From NCBI GenBank assembly GCA_050951325.1, contig JBMNIW010000004.1, positions 1 to 64,000 on the forward strand: DNA of 64,000 nt, in the 5' to 3' direction. The notes under the pieces were generated by a model, which saw only the letters and a list, made by a program, of their open reading frames with translations, was not told the origin of the DNA and made no database searches. Every line of letters begins with the position of its first letter. Position 1 is the first letter of the stretch. Of the stretch, positions 9,811 to 20,410 are shown piece after piece. Position numbers and translations under genes: made by a program. The stretch comes from Clostridia bacterium. GTDB taxonomy: Bacteria > Bacillota > Clostridia > UBA1212 > DUPL01.

Positions 9811-11855
9811 TCAATCATTGATGAACCATTCAGCTACTTCGCCACCCAACTGGCTCTTTGCATTGTCATCCATCCTATTGTAAACACTGCGAAGTGAATC
9901 TTCTTTGGTTTCACCATAGAAATAGTATGTATTGCCATCCTCATCAACACACTCAAGATAAACTCTTGCTACAATGACAGTGTCAACATGTTCCCTTGGA
10001 ATATTGTAAATATATACCGCTTTGGAGTTATCGCCATATTCAAGAAGTTCTTCAAGTATGGCAGGTGCAATTGAACTGTTGCTTAAAGTAAGTTCACCAG
10101 TTAATTTGCTTTTGAGCATTACCAATGCGGAATGTTTTACGACAGTATACTCCTTGCCATTGAATGTCATTACTGAATCTACTTCAGGCACATCATCAAA
10201 TACAAACCTTAATCCCTGTCTTGTTTCACTCTCATCAATCTGTCCATTTTTGTAATACGGAACCAAAACTGTCCTAATCTGTGAACCCTGATACTCAGCA
10301 TACCTTTCAGGCAAAGGCATTTTCTCATCAGTTGGCAACTCATACTCCATTGCAGCAAGAGCTTCAAAGGATGTGTTTCCGCTTGAGAAGCCATATATAT
10401 CCTTGAATACAGTTATGGTTTGAATTGTGAAAGGTGAACTTTCCATTATGCAAAGCCTTATCTTTTTTACTACAGCAACTTTATTATCACTGTTTTTTAT
10501 TGATGATAATGCATCTTCGAACGCAATTCTTATGAAGCATACATTCCAACCATCGGCAAGTCGGATTACATTATAATGATTAACGCTTTGTGCAAGAGCC
10601 TTAAAATGCCTTGACACTGCAGAGTTGTATTCTCCGTTTGCTTCAGCATCTGACAAAATTGAAGAGCCATTGGTAAAGAATGAATATTTTCCACCATCAT
10701 CGTACTTATACTTTATTGCCATGTAATAATCGTTTCCAGGGGTGACAGTTATCTTCTCCGGAAAAACAAACTGCATAAAATTCTTTAAATGTGCTGAAAT
10801 ATCTGTAACATTGGCAACATACAAACCTTCTTCAGTACGCTCTATGACAGTTTCTGAACCAAGACCTATTTCCGTGTAATATTTGTTAAGAACAGACTCT
10901 TCTCTTAAATCCAAATATGTATGGACATTGTTCTCCTTTATTTCCGGAATCTCAATTTTCATTTTAATATTGTCAACATAATGTCCCACATAATCACCAA
11001 AATTTCTTGTAGCATATGCAATTGTGCCATTGTGACGCGGATACAAATGCATTGTTTACTTCCGTTACGTTTTTGTTGTCAAAGAAGTCGATGTCAGGAG
11101 AAAACTCAGCTTTCAGTTTTGTGTAAAACACTGCTGTTCTTGTACCGTCTGACAGCTCCTTTTCCTCAGACAAAGTAAATGTAACATAAAGAATGTCGTC
11201 AAGATAAATCTTAATAACTCCCTTTCCGTCATCCGTTACCTTTACATTTACATAATCATTCCTTGCATCCTTTCCATTGGGAAGACGCATGTTTCCAAAG
11301 TCGGCAACGGGACCTACAGTATTGCTTGCCTCATCAAACGTTCTTACAGTAATATTTATATTGTTCTGCCACAGATAAATTATAATACCTGATGTTCCAA
11401 GCTGTCTTCCTTCTTCAGGATACGACTCATATACAGGCTTTCCTGCCATGTTCTCACGATTGACACGAACAAGCAAAGCTGTACCGGTACCATGGGTTGA
11501 CTTGTCGTTGGTAGGATCAATCTTCATATCCGCAGAAAACTCATATCTACCAAGAGCCTCGTTCCACAACATGCCACTGAAACTGTTCATATACAGGATA
11601 CTGTTATTCCCATTCAGAGGATCTGCGATCAAGGTATGAGCATTTGCATTTGTTGGATCCAGTAAAGTCCAGTTGTGCAAGTGCTGTTTTCATTGCAGCA
11701 GTATTTGAATATCCTTCAAAATTCTCTGTGTACACTATTGTGTTGTCACTTCTGTCGACAGTTTTTCTACCTGTTGCGTTATATTGGACAACCCCAACAT
11801 CCAACATGGAGAAAATCATCATAACAGCAAGTATTAATACTAATCTCCTTTTCAT
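9811..11855 (-). pseudogene. Large secreted multidomain protein broken by two frameshifts
   Basis: ORFs 11604-11855 (signal peptide, GGAGG RBS), 10994-11680 and 9811-11052 overlap successively, each shifted by +1; internal ORFs lack an RBS. Confidence 0.75.
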
Positions 11856-12025
11856 AATATAACATCCTCCCTAAAATAATTCTATCCTCATGCAGGTATC
11901 TGATACTAGTAAACCACATTAATTTAAAGAACTCCATAATATTTTTGTCAAAAAAGTATACTCATCTTGAATTTTTTGCTCTATTTCTGTATAATGCAAT
12001 TATAAAACCGGAGAGGACAGATATA

Positions 12026-12875
12026 ATGGATAACAGAATACTAAGAATTAATTTTGAAACTTCACCTGACACTATCTTTATAAAACACATAAAAAAGCAA
12101 TACCCGACCGTACAGCCTCCTGTAGAACACTCGCACAACAGATACGAGCTGTTTGCCATATTGCAGGGAGTATGTACATTCTTCGTACAAAACACGCTTT
12201 TGCACATGGAAGCTGGAGACTTATGCATAGTTCCTCCATACTGCATACACTCCATGTCGTATCCAAACACATATCATGAACATATAGTGATTAACTTTTC
12301 AGAGCAATATGTGGATAAGAAGATTGCAGATGAACTTAATGAAGTCATCAGCTGGGGAAAATATACGCCTACTCCTGAAGATACCACATATATCAGTGGA
12401 TATTCTTGAAGATATTTTTGCAAATTCCGAAAGCATAGAAGAATACAATTCTCTTTACTTAAAAACATGCTTTGACAGACTTTTTGTCAAAATGCTGAGA
12501 ACAAAAGAGCAGTTCAACAAAAACATAAAAACAGACACACTTTCAAGAGATATTTCAAGAGTATTGGAATACATAAGCCACAATTATTATCAAGATATAA
12601 CATTGGTGGAAATGGCCGAATCCTGCCATGTATCACCCTCATACTTCTCAAAATTCTTCAAAAAAACAATTGGTATGGGATTCAAAGAGTATGTGACTTT
12701 TACAAGACTTACCGTAGCGGAGAATCTTCTGAAAACCACGGATTTGTCGATAGCTGACATTGCCTATGAAACAGGCTTCAATGACAGCAATTATTTCTCC
12801 CTGGTTTTCAGACAGCACTATGGTACTCCCCCTACGGATTACAGAAAGAAAAGAAGGAAAAAAACCACGCTTTAA
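12026..12875 (+). pseudogene. AraC-family regulator (cupin + HTH), frameshifted near 12390-12405
   Basis: Cupin part (HSHNRYELF...PPYCIH) in ORF ending 12409; HTH part (SPSYFSKFFKK...GFNDSNYFS) in the +1 frame; GGAGAGG RBS before ATG 12026. Confidence 0.82.
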
Positions 12876-13910
12876 TCACAACTTCTCTATATCTCTTACT
12901 AACATATATACATTTTCCGGTCTTGTAGCAAAGCTGGTGCAAAAGCGCACCACATGTCTGTTGTCATCTATTTTTGCAATATAGCTGAAAAGATATTTCT
13001 CTTTCAGTTTGTCATACTGTAAATTATCAAGTATCGGGAACTGCTGGTTTGTCGGAGAATCGCAGTAAAAGTCAATCCCTTTGTTGTTAAATGCTTCTTT
13101 GATTCTCATTGCCATTTTGACTGCATTGTCAGCGATTTTAAAATACAGGCTGTCCTCAAAAAGGACAAGAAACATAATGCCCATAATCCACCCCTTTGCC
13201 AAGAGAGCTCCCTTTTGCTTTATCAGATACCTGAATTCTTTCTTAAGATTTGTATTTGTAATGCAAACTGCCTCTCCGAACAAAGCTCCTACCTTCGTCC
13301 CGCCAATATAAAAGACGTCGCACAAGGAAGCAATGTCTGCCATGGTCAAATCGTTTTCCTCAGCACACAAGCCATATCCAAGCCTAGCTCCGTCCAGGAA
13401 TAAATAAAGGTTGTACTTGTTGCATACCTCCCTTAGTTCTTCCAGTTCCCTCTTCAAATAAATCGTACCCAGTTCCGTAGGATTCGATATATACACCATT
13501 CCAGGCTTTACAGTATGTTCCCTGTCACCATCCTCATAATGAGCTTGACACATTTTCTCTACCATTGCAGGTTTTATCTTTCCATCTTCCGAGTCAATAA
13601 CAAGAACTTTATGTCCCGTATTCTCAATCGCTCCTGTTTCATGCACATTGATATGTCCTGTATTGGCAGAAATTACACCCTCATGGGGCCTTAATGCAGA
13701 AGAAACAACAATAAGGTTGGTAAGAGTACCACCTGCTATGAAATGCACATCCATATCAGGAGAGCTGCAAACTCTCCTGATATGGTTTCTTGCTTCTTCA
13801 GAATACTTGTCCATTCCATACCCCGTATTCTGCTCAAAATTGATTTCTTCAAGCTTCTTCAGTATCGCAGGATGTGCTCCTTCCGAGTAATCGTTGTTGA
13901 AAAGAATCAT
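12876..13910 (-). CDS. ltaE: Low-specificity L-threonine aldolase (PLP)
   Basis: FNNDYSEGAHP, HINVHETGAIE, LDGARL and FYIGGTK motifs. Confidence 0.9.
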   Translation of the reverse strand: MILFNNDYSEGAHPAILKKLEEINFEQNTGYGMDKYSEEARNHIRRVCSSPDMDVHFIAGGTLTNLIVVSSALRPHEGVISANTGHINVHETGAIENTGHKVLVIDSEDGKIKPAMVEKMCQAHYEDGDREHTVKPGMVYISNPTELGTIYLKRELEELREVCNKYNLYLFLDGARLGYGLCAEENDLTMADIASLCDVFYIGGTKVGALFGEAVCITNTNLKKEFRYLIKQKGALLAKGWIMGIMFLVLFEDSLYFKIADNAVKMAMRIKEAFNNKGIDFYCDSPTNQQFPILDNLQYDKLKEKYLFSYIAKIDDNRHVVRFCTSFATRPENVYMLVRDIEKL

Positions 13911-15616
13911 GGCAGCCTCTTTCCCAATTTCTCAATTTCTTCAAATACCCTCTTTGTAACTTTCTCAACTGTTCCCTCTTCAAAGGAGTTTGACAGATTT
14001 GCAGACTCAAGAAGTTCGAAGTAGCCAATACTGCCTCCTCGTTTGCATAGGGCAAGATAGTCTGAAAATGCTTTTTCCCTGTCGTCAAGGTATCTTGCAA
14101 AAAGCTCCATGGCATTCATCTGCGCCAACGCATAGTCGATATAATAGAAGGGGTCCAGGAAGATATGCTGCTTCTGCATCCAGAAACCACCCTTCTCCAA
14201 AAATTCAACGCCATCGTAATCTCTTCCAGGCAAATACTCCATCTCAAGTTCTTTCCACACCTGGTACCTCTCCTCTGCAGTCATGGAAGGATTGTCATAA
14301 ACCCTGTGCTGGAACTCATCCACACAGATAATATAAGGGATGAATAAAACATTTTCACACAAGTGGAAGTACTTGTATAAATCAGCCTTGTCGCCAAAGA
14401 ACTTGTCCATCCAAGGATACGCAAAATACTCCATAGTCATGGAGTGTACCTCGTTTATCTCGTTGGTTGAGAAGCTGAGGCTGTCAAGAGGAACATTCCT
14501 TGATGATACATAGTATTGGAATGAATGTCCTGCTTCATGCGTAAGAACGTCCACGTCAGCGGAAGTTCCATTGAAGTTGGAGAATATGAAAGGAGCCTTG
14601 AAGGTAGGCATGACCGTGCAGTAACCACCCAGGTGCTTCCCGGGTCTAGTCTCAAGGTCAAACAAGTCGTATTCCACCATGAAGTTGAAAAACTCCCCTG
14701 TTTCCTTGCTCATCTCATTGTACATCTCCTGAGCCCATGCAATCATCTGGTCCTTGTTGCCCACAGGGTTCGGATTGCCTTCAGGGAACATGAAACTTTC
14801 ATCGTAATACTTTATCTTGTCCACACCTATCCGCTTTGCCTGCTCCTTTCTTATCTTTTCACAGAAAGGAACAATCACCCTTTTTACCTGCTGTCTGAAT
14901 TTTGCAACATCTTCCCTTGTATAATCCATCCTCTTATTATTCAGATAACCAAGAGCTGTGTAATTGTCAAAGCCCAGTTTTCTTGCCATTTCAACCCTGA
15001 CTTTTACAAGTTCGTCGTAAATCCTGTCAAGGTCCTGGGATATTCCTTCATAAAGACTTGCCCAAGCCAAATACGCTTCTCTTCTAACATTTCTGTCAGG
15101 ATTCTGCATGTGTTTCAGAAGCCCATAGAAGTTACATGTCTCCCCCATAAATTCTGTACTGCAGGAAGCGGCAAGCTTCTGGTATTCAACACCCAGTCTT
15201 GATTCCTCCACAAGATCGTCAATAATCGCTTCATCTTGTGTTTTTTCCTCGGCTTCATTAATTCTAAAAAGTTGCTTTCCAAAGTCCTTTTCCAAGTCTT
15301 CTCTGAACCTAGAGTTAAGAAGTGCCTTTCTGTACTGCTTGAATAAGGGAATCAGTTTTGGATATTCATTGTTGAAAAACTCAATTTCACTTTCATAAAA
15401 CTCGTCCTGAGTATTCATTGTATTTCTAACATACGCAACAGTGTGTGCTGTATACAACTCATTGGATGTTTCTTCACACTCTATAATACCTTCCTTTGCT
15501 TCTTCAATAGTTTGAGCTTCTTCAAGTTTTTTTACTCCTTTTAAATATGCATCGCTGAGCTTTTCAAGGTCAGGTCTAACATATTCTATCTCATGAAATT
15601 TCTGCATAAACAACAC
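13907..15616 (-). CDS. M3 family oligoendopeptidase (PepF-like)
   Basis: HEAGH zincin motif, EVHS and HIFLDPFYYIDY. Confidence 0.92.
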   Translation of the reverse strand: MLFMQKFHEIEYVRPDLEKLSDAYLKGVKKLEEAQTIEEAKEGIIECEETSNELYTAHTVAYVRNTMNTQDEFYESEIEFFNNEYPKLIPLFKQYRKALLNSRFREDLEKDFGKQLFRINEAEEKTQDEAIIDDLVEESRLGVEYQKLAASCSTEFMGETCNFYGLLKHMQNPDRNVRREAYLAWASLYEGISQDLDRIYDELVKVRVEMARKLGFDNYTALGYLNNKRMDYTREDVAKFRQQVKRVIVPFCEKIRKEQAKRIGVDKIKYYDESFMFPEGNPNPVGNKDQMIAWAQEMYNEMSKETGEFFNFMVEYDLFDLETRPGKHLGGYCTVMPTFKAPFIFSNFNGTSADVDVLTHEAGHSFQYYVSSRNVPLDSLSFSTNEINEVHSMTMEYFAYPWMDKFFGDKADLYKYFHLCENVLFIPYIICVDEFQHRVYDNPSMTAEERYQVWKELEMEYLPGRDYDGVEFLEKGGFWMQKQHIFLDPFYYIDYALAQMNAMELFARYLDDREKAFSDYLALCKRGGSIGYFELLESANLSNSFEEGTVEKVTKRVFEEIEKLGKRLP

Positions 15617-15623
15617 ACCTTTC

Positions 15624-17513
15624 TCATTTTGTTTTTTCCAAATAATATATTAATGCCTCAATATTAATTCCACTTTCCCACGGCCTGCATCTGCAGTTGA
15701 AAGGAACCTTGTCATCATAGTATTCTACCCATGCTCCTGTATCATCCACAATATCCAGCATGACTTTAAGCACCTCTTCCTTGAGAGGAACATCAAGATA
15801 TGCCAAATTGCAGAGCAAAAGTCCAAAGTCATATCCCAACGAGCGGTTTCCTTCCACATTTGACGGAATGAATCCTTTTTCCTTGAATAGACGAGCAAAT
15901 CTTTTAACATTTGTCCTTATCTCATCATCAGAGAACAAATCACTGTCGTAATAGACAGGCAACAAACCTGTAGAACCTAAAATATATCTCTTGCTTGGGT
16001 CTAGAATCATATCTATTTTCTCATCAAAGCAGTCAGGACATCTGTAATATCCATGTTCGCCTCTCTCAAGCCACATTAGAGGAGCAGGTCTTTCAAGAAG
16101 CTGGTCCACATCGCAAAAACCTCTGTGAACCCTGGGTTTTTCAAACCCTTTTTCCCTCTCCGGATTGTTTCCATGAATGACTCCATCTATTACAAAGTTC
16201 TTTTTGTACAAATCACTGGCTTCTTTGACAGCACTTTCATACCTTGACATCTCCTCATCATCCAAAAGCCCTTCTTCTCTGCAAAAATCCAAAAAGCGTC
16301 TTCCACCTTCAATAAACAGCAAAGTGGATTCAGCAGAACCGTGGTAAATAAAAGGTCTGGGGAATACAAAGCCTGCAATATATGTTTCATCTCCGCTGAA
16401 ACTGGTCATTCCCTTAACCAGATGAGGCATTTGCACACTGAAAGCCCATCTTAGCATATCATTGATTTCAATTAAAAAGTCTTTGTCTTTCGTTGCGTTG
16501 TAATAGTACATGGCGCAGTAAACAATGTATGCAGGTACTTCCACCTCATCATTCGAAAATAGTAGCCTGTCCTGATTGTGTCCCATGCTTTCTGCATTCA
16601 CCAAATTTCCAAAATGTTTCCACTTGTTGAACCAAAATTCAAGCACATTTTTGCCTTCTTCCACATACCCCGACTTAACAAGTGAACGCATGGTTCCAGC
16701 CATGTCCCTTACATACGCCAGTGGATAGTAGTGTCCTGCAAGAATACCTCCATCATAGGATTGCTGGCACTTTGTCAAAACAGCAACGCTTTCAAGGACA
16801 TCCTTTATCCTCTTCGCTTCAGGATGATCCTCTGGAACAGACTCCAAAATCCGGTCTCCTTTTTTGAGGTAGTCAGCAAAGTAGTGACCGCTTCTTTCCT
16901 CTATATCTGCACCGGAGAAATAGAAGGAAAGATGCTTGTCAATTTTCTTGGGATGGTCAGAAACCAAAGCCAATTGTCCGGAACCCTTTTCTAAAACAAA
17001 CGAATTCTCTTCCTTAATGTATTTTGCATCTCCATCCCAGAGAATGTACATTCTTAGCTCGTCCATTAAGGCAAAATTCGTAAAGTACCGAGTCCCTATT
17101 GTCATCACCAACATGACACATTCCTTCCTAACTCCGTTTCCAAAGTCGTAATCGCTGTAGTAGTATACTTTGGAATGAGGAAATAAAACAGGCTTTATGC
17201 AAATACTTTTCTCCATCTCAAAAGAGCGGACAAACACATTGTATTCAGGATCCATAAAATCCTTAAAAATGCCAATCTGTTTTCCATCCTCATATATATT
17301 ATGAATCCACTTCGAGTCTCTGGGTGCCCTTTGGGACCTTGACTCAATGTTTCTATCAGGTTCATTTATTTCAAAAGAGCCATAAACTGGTGATGAATAT
17401 GGAGGACCTTGTACCTGATTAATATTCGGACCTCTCCCATAAACAATCATTCTGCCGTTGCCTATGGCGTGAATACTTCCGTCATCTTCCTTCTTGTTGC
17501 ACCAGTATCGCAT
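15624..17513 (-). CDS. Six-hairpin glycosidase-like protein (GH15-like fold), paralog 2
   Basis: YPLAYVRD and EVEVPAY motifs, helical C-terminal half, no signal peptide; close paralog of the adjacent gene. Confidence 0.6.
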   Translation of the reverse strand: MRYWCNKKEDDGSIHAIGNGRMIVYGRGPNINQVQGPPYSSPVYGSFEINEPDRNIESRSQRAPRDSKWIHNIYEDGKQIGIFKDFMDPEYNVFVRSFEMEKSICIKPVLFPHSKVYYYSDYDFGNGVRKECVMLVMTIGTRYFTNFALMDELRMYILWDGDAKYIKEENSFVLEKGSGQLALVSDHPKKIDKHLSFYFSGADIEERSGHYFADYLKKGDRILESVPEDHPEAKRIKDVLESVAVLTKCQQSYDGGILAGHYYPLAYVRDMAGTMRSLVKSGYVEEGKNVLEFWFNKWKHFGNLVNAESMGHNQDRLLFSNDEVEVPAYIVYCAMYYYNATKDKDFLIEINDMLRWAFSVQMPHLVKGMTSFSGDETYIAGFVFPRPFIYHGSAESTLLFIEGGRRFLDFCREEGLLDDEEMSRYESAVKEASDLYKKNFVIDGVIHGNNPEREKGFEKPRVHRGFCDVDQLLERPAPLMWLERGEHGYYRCPDCFDEKIDMILDPSKRYILGSTGLLPVYYDSDLFSDDEIRTNVKRFARLFKEKGFIPSNVEGNRSLGYDFGLLLCNLAYLDVPLKEEVLKVMLDIVDDTGAWVEYYDDKVPFNCRCRPWESGINIEALIYYLEKTK

Positions 17514-17517
17514 TTTA

Positions 17518-19416
17518 CTATTCTCCTTGTTGCAATTTTTCCAGATAGTAGATTAGCGCCTCAATATTTATACCACTTTCCCAAGGTCTGCATCTGCAGT
17601 TGAACGGAACCTTGTTGTCATAATATTCAACCCAGGCTCCCGTTCCATCCACAATATCCAGCATGACTTTCAACACCTCTTCCTTGAGAGGATCGTCAAG
17701 ATATGCAAGATTATACAAAAGAAGTCCAAAGTCGTATCCCAATGAACGGGTTCCTTCAGCATGGGATGGAATATATCCTTTTTCCTCGAAAAGACGGGCA
17801 AAGAAATCTACATTTTTCCTTATTTCTTCCTTATTGAACAAGTCGCTATCGTAGTAGACAGGCAAAAGACCTGTGGAACCTAAGATATATCTCTTGTTAG
17901 GGTCGTGAACTTCCTCAATTTCCTCGTTAAGGCAGTTAGGACATCTGTAATAGTCGTGCTCGCCAAGTTCAAGCCAGGTATACGGGGCGCCTCTTTGCTT
18001 TAGCAAATCCACATCACAGAATCCTTTGTGGAATCTTGGTTTTTCAAAACCTTTTTCCCTCTCAGGGTTGTTTCCATGAATGACTCCATCAATTACAAAG
18101 TTTTCTTTGTACAAATTACGCGCTTCATCAACAGCACCTTCAAAGTTTGCCAGTTCCTTGTCATCCAGAAGACCTTCTTCCTTTGCAAACTCAATAAAAC
18201 GCCTTCCGCCTTCAATAAACAGCAAAGTGGATTCAGCAGAGCCATGATAAAGGAACGATCTGGGGAACACCCACCCCGCAATATATGTTTCGTCTCCACT
18301 GAAGCTGGTCATTCCTTTTACAAGATGCGGCAGCTGCACGCCAAAGGCCCACTTGACCATGTCGAAGATCTTAAGCAGGAATTCCTTGTCTTTGGTTGCA
18401 TTGTAATAGTACATGGCACAGTAAACTATGTAAGCTGGCACTTCCACCTCGTCATTGGGAAAAAACAATCTATCTCTGTCATGTCCCATGCTGTCAGCAT
18501 TCACCACAGTGCCAAATATTTTCCATTTCCTGTACCAGTATTCAAGCACATTTTTGCCTTCTTCCACATAACCGGATTTGATAAGAGAGCGCATGGTGCC
18601 CGCCATGTCCCTGACATAAGCCATTGGATAGAAATGTCCTGCCAAAATTCCTCCGGTACGGGCGGTTTGGCATTTTGTAAGGACTGCAACGCTCTCCAGA
18701 ACATCCTTTATTCTCTTTTCTTCAGGATGTCCCTGCGGAACAAGGGATAAGGTCTTGTCTCCCTTTTTCAAGTATTCATCAAAAAAGCCCCTGCTTCTCT
18801 TCTCAATATCAGCTCCTGAAAAGTAGAATTTAAAATGCTTTTCAATTTCACCTGGAACGGCGGATATGAATGCCACTTTTCCTTTGCCACCTTCAAAAAC
18901 AAGCGAATGGTCTTCCTCCAGGTATCTTACATTGCCATCCCAGATAACATACATCCTTATTTCTTCCTGCAGCGCATAATACATGAAGAACATAGTGCCG
19001 TCTCCAATCGCAAGCATTAAACAGTCTTTCCTGCCACCATCACCAAAGTCATAATCTTTGTAGTAGTGTACACGAGTATGTTGAAACAAATTCGGCTTGA
19101 TGCGTATACTCTTATCTCCCTCAAAGGAGCGAACAAACACGTTGTATTCAGGATCCATGCAGTCTGTAAACGTTCCTATGTGTTCTCCATCTTCATAAAT
19201 GTTATGGATCCATTTACTATCTCTGGAAGCTCTTTCAGATTTGGTCTCAATCGTTCTGTCAGGCTCGGATACTTCAAAACCCCCGTAAAAAGGCACCGAG
19301 TATGGAGGACCCTGCATCTGATGAATATTGGGTCCCCTGCCATAGACGATAAACCTGCCGTTGCCTATGGCGTGGATGCTTCCGTCATCTTCTTTCTTGT
19401 TGCACCAATATCGCAT
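17518..19416 (-). CDS. Six-hairpin glycosidase-like protein (GH15-like fold), paralog 1
   Basis: YPMAYVRD and EVEVPAY motifs; same N-terminus MRYWCNKKEDDGSIHAIGNGR as paralog 2; AAGGAG RBS. Confidence 0.6.
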   Translation of the reverse strand: MRYWCNKKEDDGSIHAIGNGRFIVYGRGPNIHQMQGPPYSVPFYGGFEVSEPDRTIETKSERASRDSKWIHNIYEDGEHIGTFTDCMDPEYNVFVRSFEGDKSIRIKPNLFQHTRVHYYKDYDFGDGGRKDCLMLAIGDGTMFFMYYALQEEIRMYVIWDGNVRYLEEDHSLVFEGGKGKVAFISAVPGEIEKHFKFYFSGADIEKRSRGFFDEYLKKGDKTLSLVPQGHPEEKRIKDVLESVAVLTKCQTARTGGILAGHFYPMAYVRDMAGTMRSLIKSGYVEEGKNVLEYWYRKWKIFGTVVNADSMGHDRDRLFFPNDEVEVPAYIVYCAMYYYNATKDKEFLLKIFDMVKWAFGVQLPHLVKGMTSFSGDETYIAGWVFPRSFLYHGSAESTLLFIEGGRRFIEFAKEEGLLDDKELANFEGAVDEARNLYKENFVIDGVIHGNNPEREKGFEKPRFHKGFCDVDLLKQRGAPYTWLELGEHDYYRCPNCLNEEIEEVHDPNKRYILGSTGLLPVYYDSDLFNKEEIRKNVDFFARLFEEKGYIPSHAEGTRSLGYDFGLLLYNLAYLDDPLKEEVLKVMLDIVDGTGAWVEYYDNKVPFNCRCRPWESGINIEALIYYLEKLQQGE

Positions 19417-19449
19417 TTTTATCCATCTCCTTTATATAATATTTATATC

Positions 19450-20397
19450 TTACAAAAACCTTACATACTGTCCGTACCCTTCCTCTTCCATATTGTCTAC
19501 AGGTATGAATCTTAAGGAAGCATTGTTTATGCAATATCTGCGTCCTCCTTTTGACTCAGGACCATCATCAAAAACATGACCAAGGTGTATATCTCCTACC
19601 CTGCTTCTAACTTCAATCCTCCTCATGCCGTGGCTTAAGTCATCAACCTCCACTATTACATCTTCAGATATTGGATTGGAAAAACTTGGCCAACCGCAAC
19701 CTGCATCAAACTTGTCCTTTGATAAAAACAGCGGCTCACCCGTTGCAATGTCCACATAGATTCCCTTTTCCTCTACTTTCCAGTATTCATTATCAAAAGA
19801 TCTCTCAGTAAAGTTCTCACAGGTTACCTTGTACTTCAAATCATCCAGCCTTTCTCTTAACTCTTCCCTTTCCACATGTTTGTAAACCCTTGCATCAACA
19901 AAAGGTATCTCCTTTACTTTCCTCATATCTATATGGCAGTAACCGCCAGGATTGTTGTCCAAATAGTTCTGATGGTAATCTTCAGCAAGATAATAGTTGT
20001 CAAGCTTCATGATTTCGGTAACAATGGGCTCTTTATACTTTCTCTGCTCCATTCTTACCCATGCGTTAATTGTTTCAAGATCTGCGTCATCCACATAATA
20101 TATTCCGGTTCTGTACTGGATACCCACATCCCCACCTTGTCTGTTCATCAATGTAGGATCGATTATATTAAAAAAATGTTTAAGAAGGGTTTTAAGGCCA
20201 ACTATGCTTTTATCATACACCACACGCACTGTCTCCGCATGCCCTGTATGACTTAGTTCCTTGTAGGACGGATTCTTTGTTTTGCCGTTGGCATAACCCA
20301 CATCCGTCTTAACAACACCGGGAACTCTGTCAAAATAAGCCTGGGTGCCCCAGAAACATCCTCCTGCAAAATATATTTCCTTTATGTTATCGCTCAT
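19450..20397 (-). CDS. msrAB: Peptide methionine sulfoxide reductase MsrA/MsrB fusion
   Basis: GGCFWG (MsrA); GCGWPSF, HLGHVF and RYCIN (MsrB). Confidence 0.96.
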   Translation of the reverse strand: MSDNIKEIYFAGGCFWGTQAYFDRVPGVVKTDVGYANGKTKNPSYKELSHTGHAETVRVVYDKSIVGLKTLLKHFFNIIDPTLMNRQGGDVGIQYRTGIYYVDDADLETINAWVRMEQRKYKEPIVTEIMKLDNYYLAEDYHQNYLDNNPGGYCHIDMRKVKEIPFVDARVYKHVEREELRERLDDLKYKVTCENFTERSFDNEYWKVEEKGIYVDIATGEPLFLSKDKFDAGCGWPSFSNPISEDVIVEVDDLSHGMRRIEVRSRVGDIHLGHVFDDGPESKGGRRYCINNASLRFIPVDNMEEEGYGQYVRFL

Positions 20398-20410
20398 TTA
20401 TTTCTCTCCT

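Noticed and set aside
14525-18750. Long antisense ORFs (e.g. 14525-15202, 18028-18750, and similar ones at 7200-7715 and 37227-37781)
   Set aside because: They are shadows of well-supported genes on the opposite strand, with no recognisable motifs
15624-19416. Duplication as an assembly artefact
   Set aside because: The copies differ by many synonymous and non-synonymous changes along their length while both stay open
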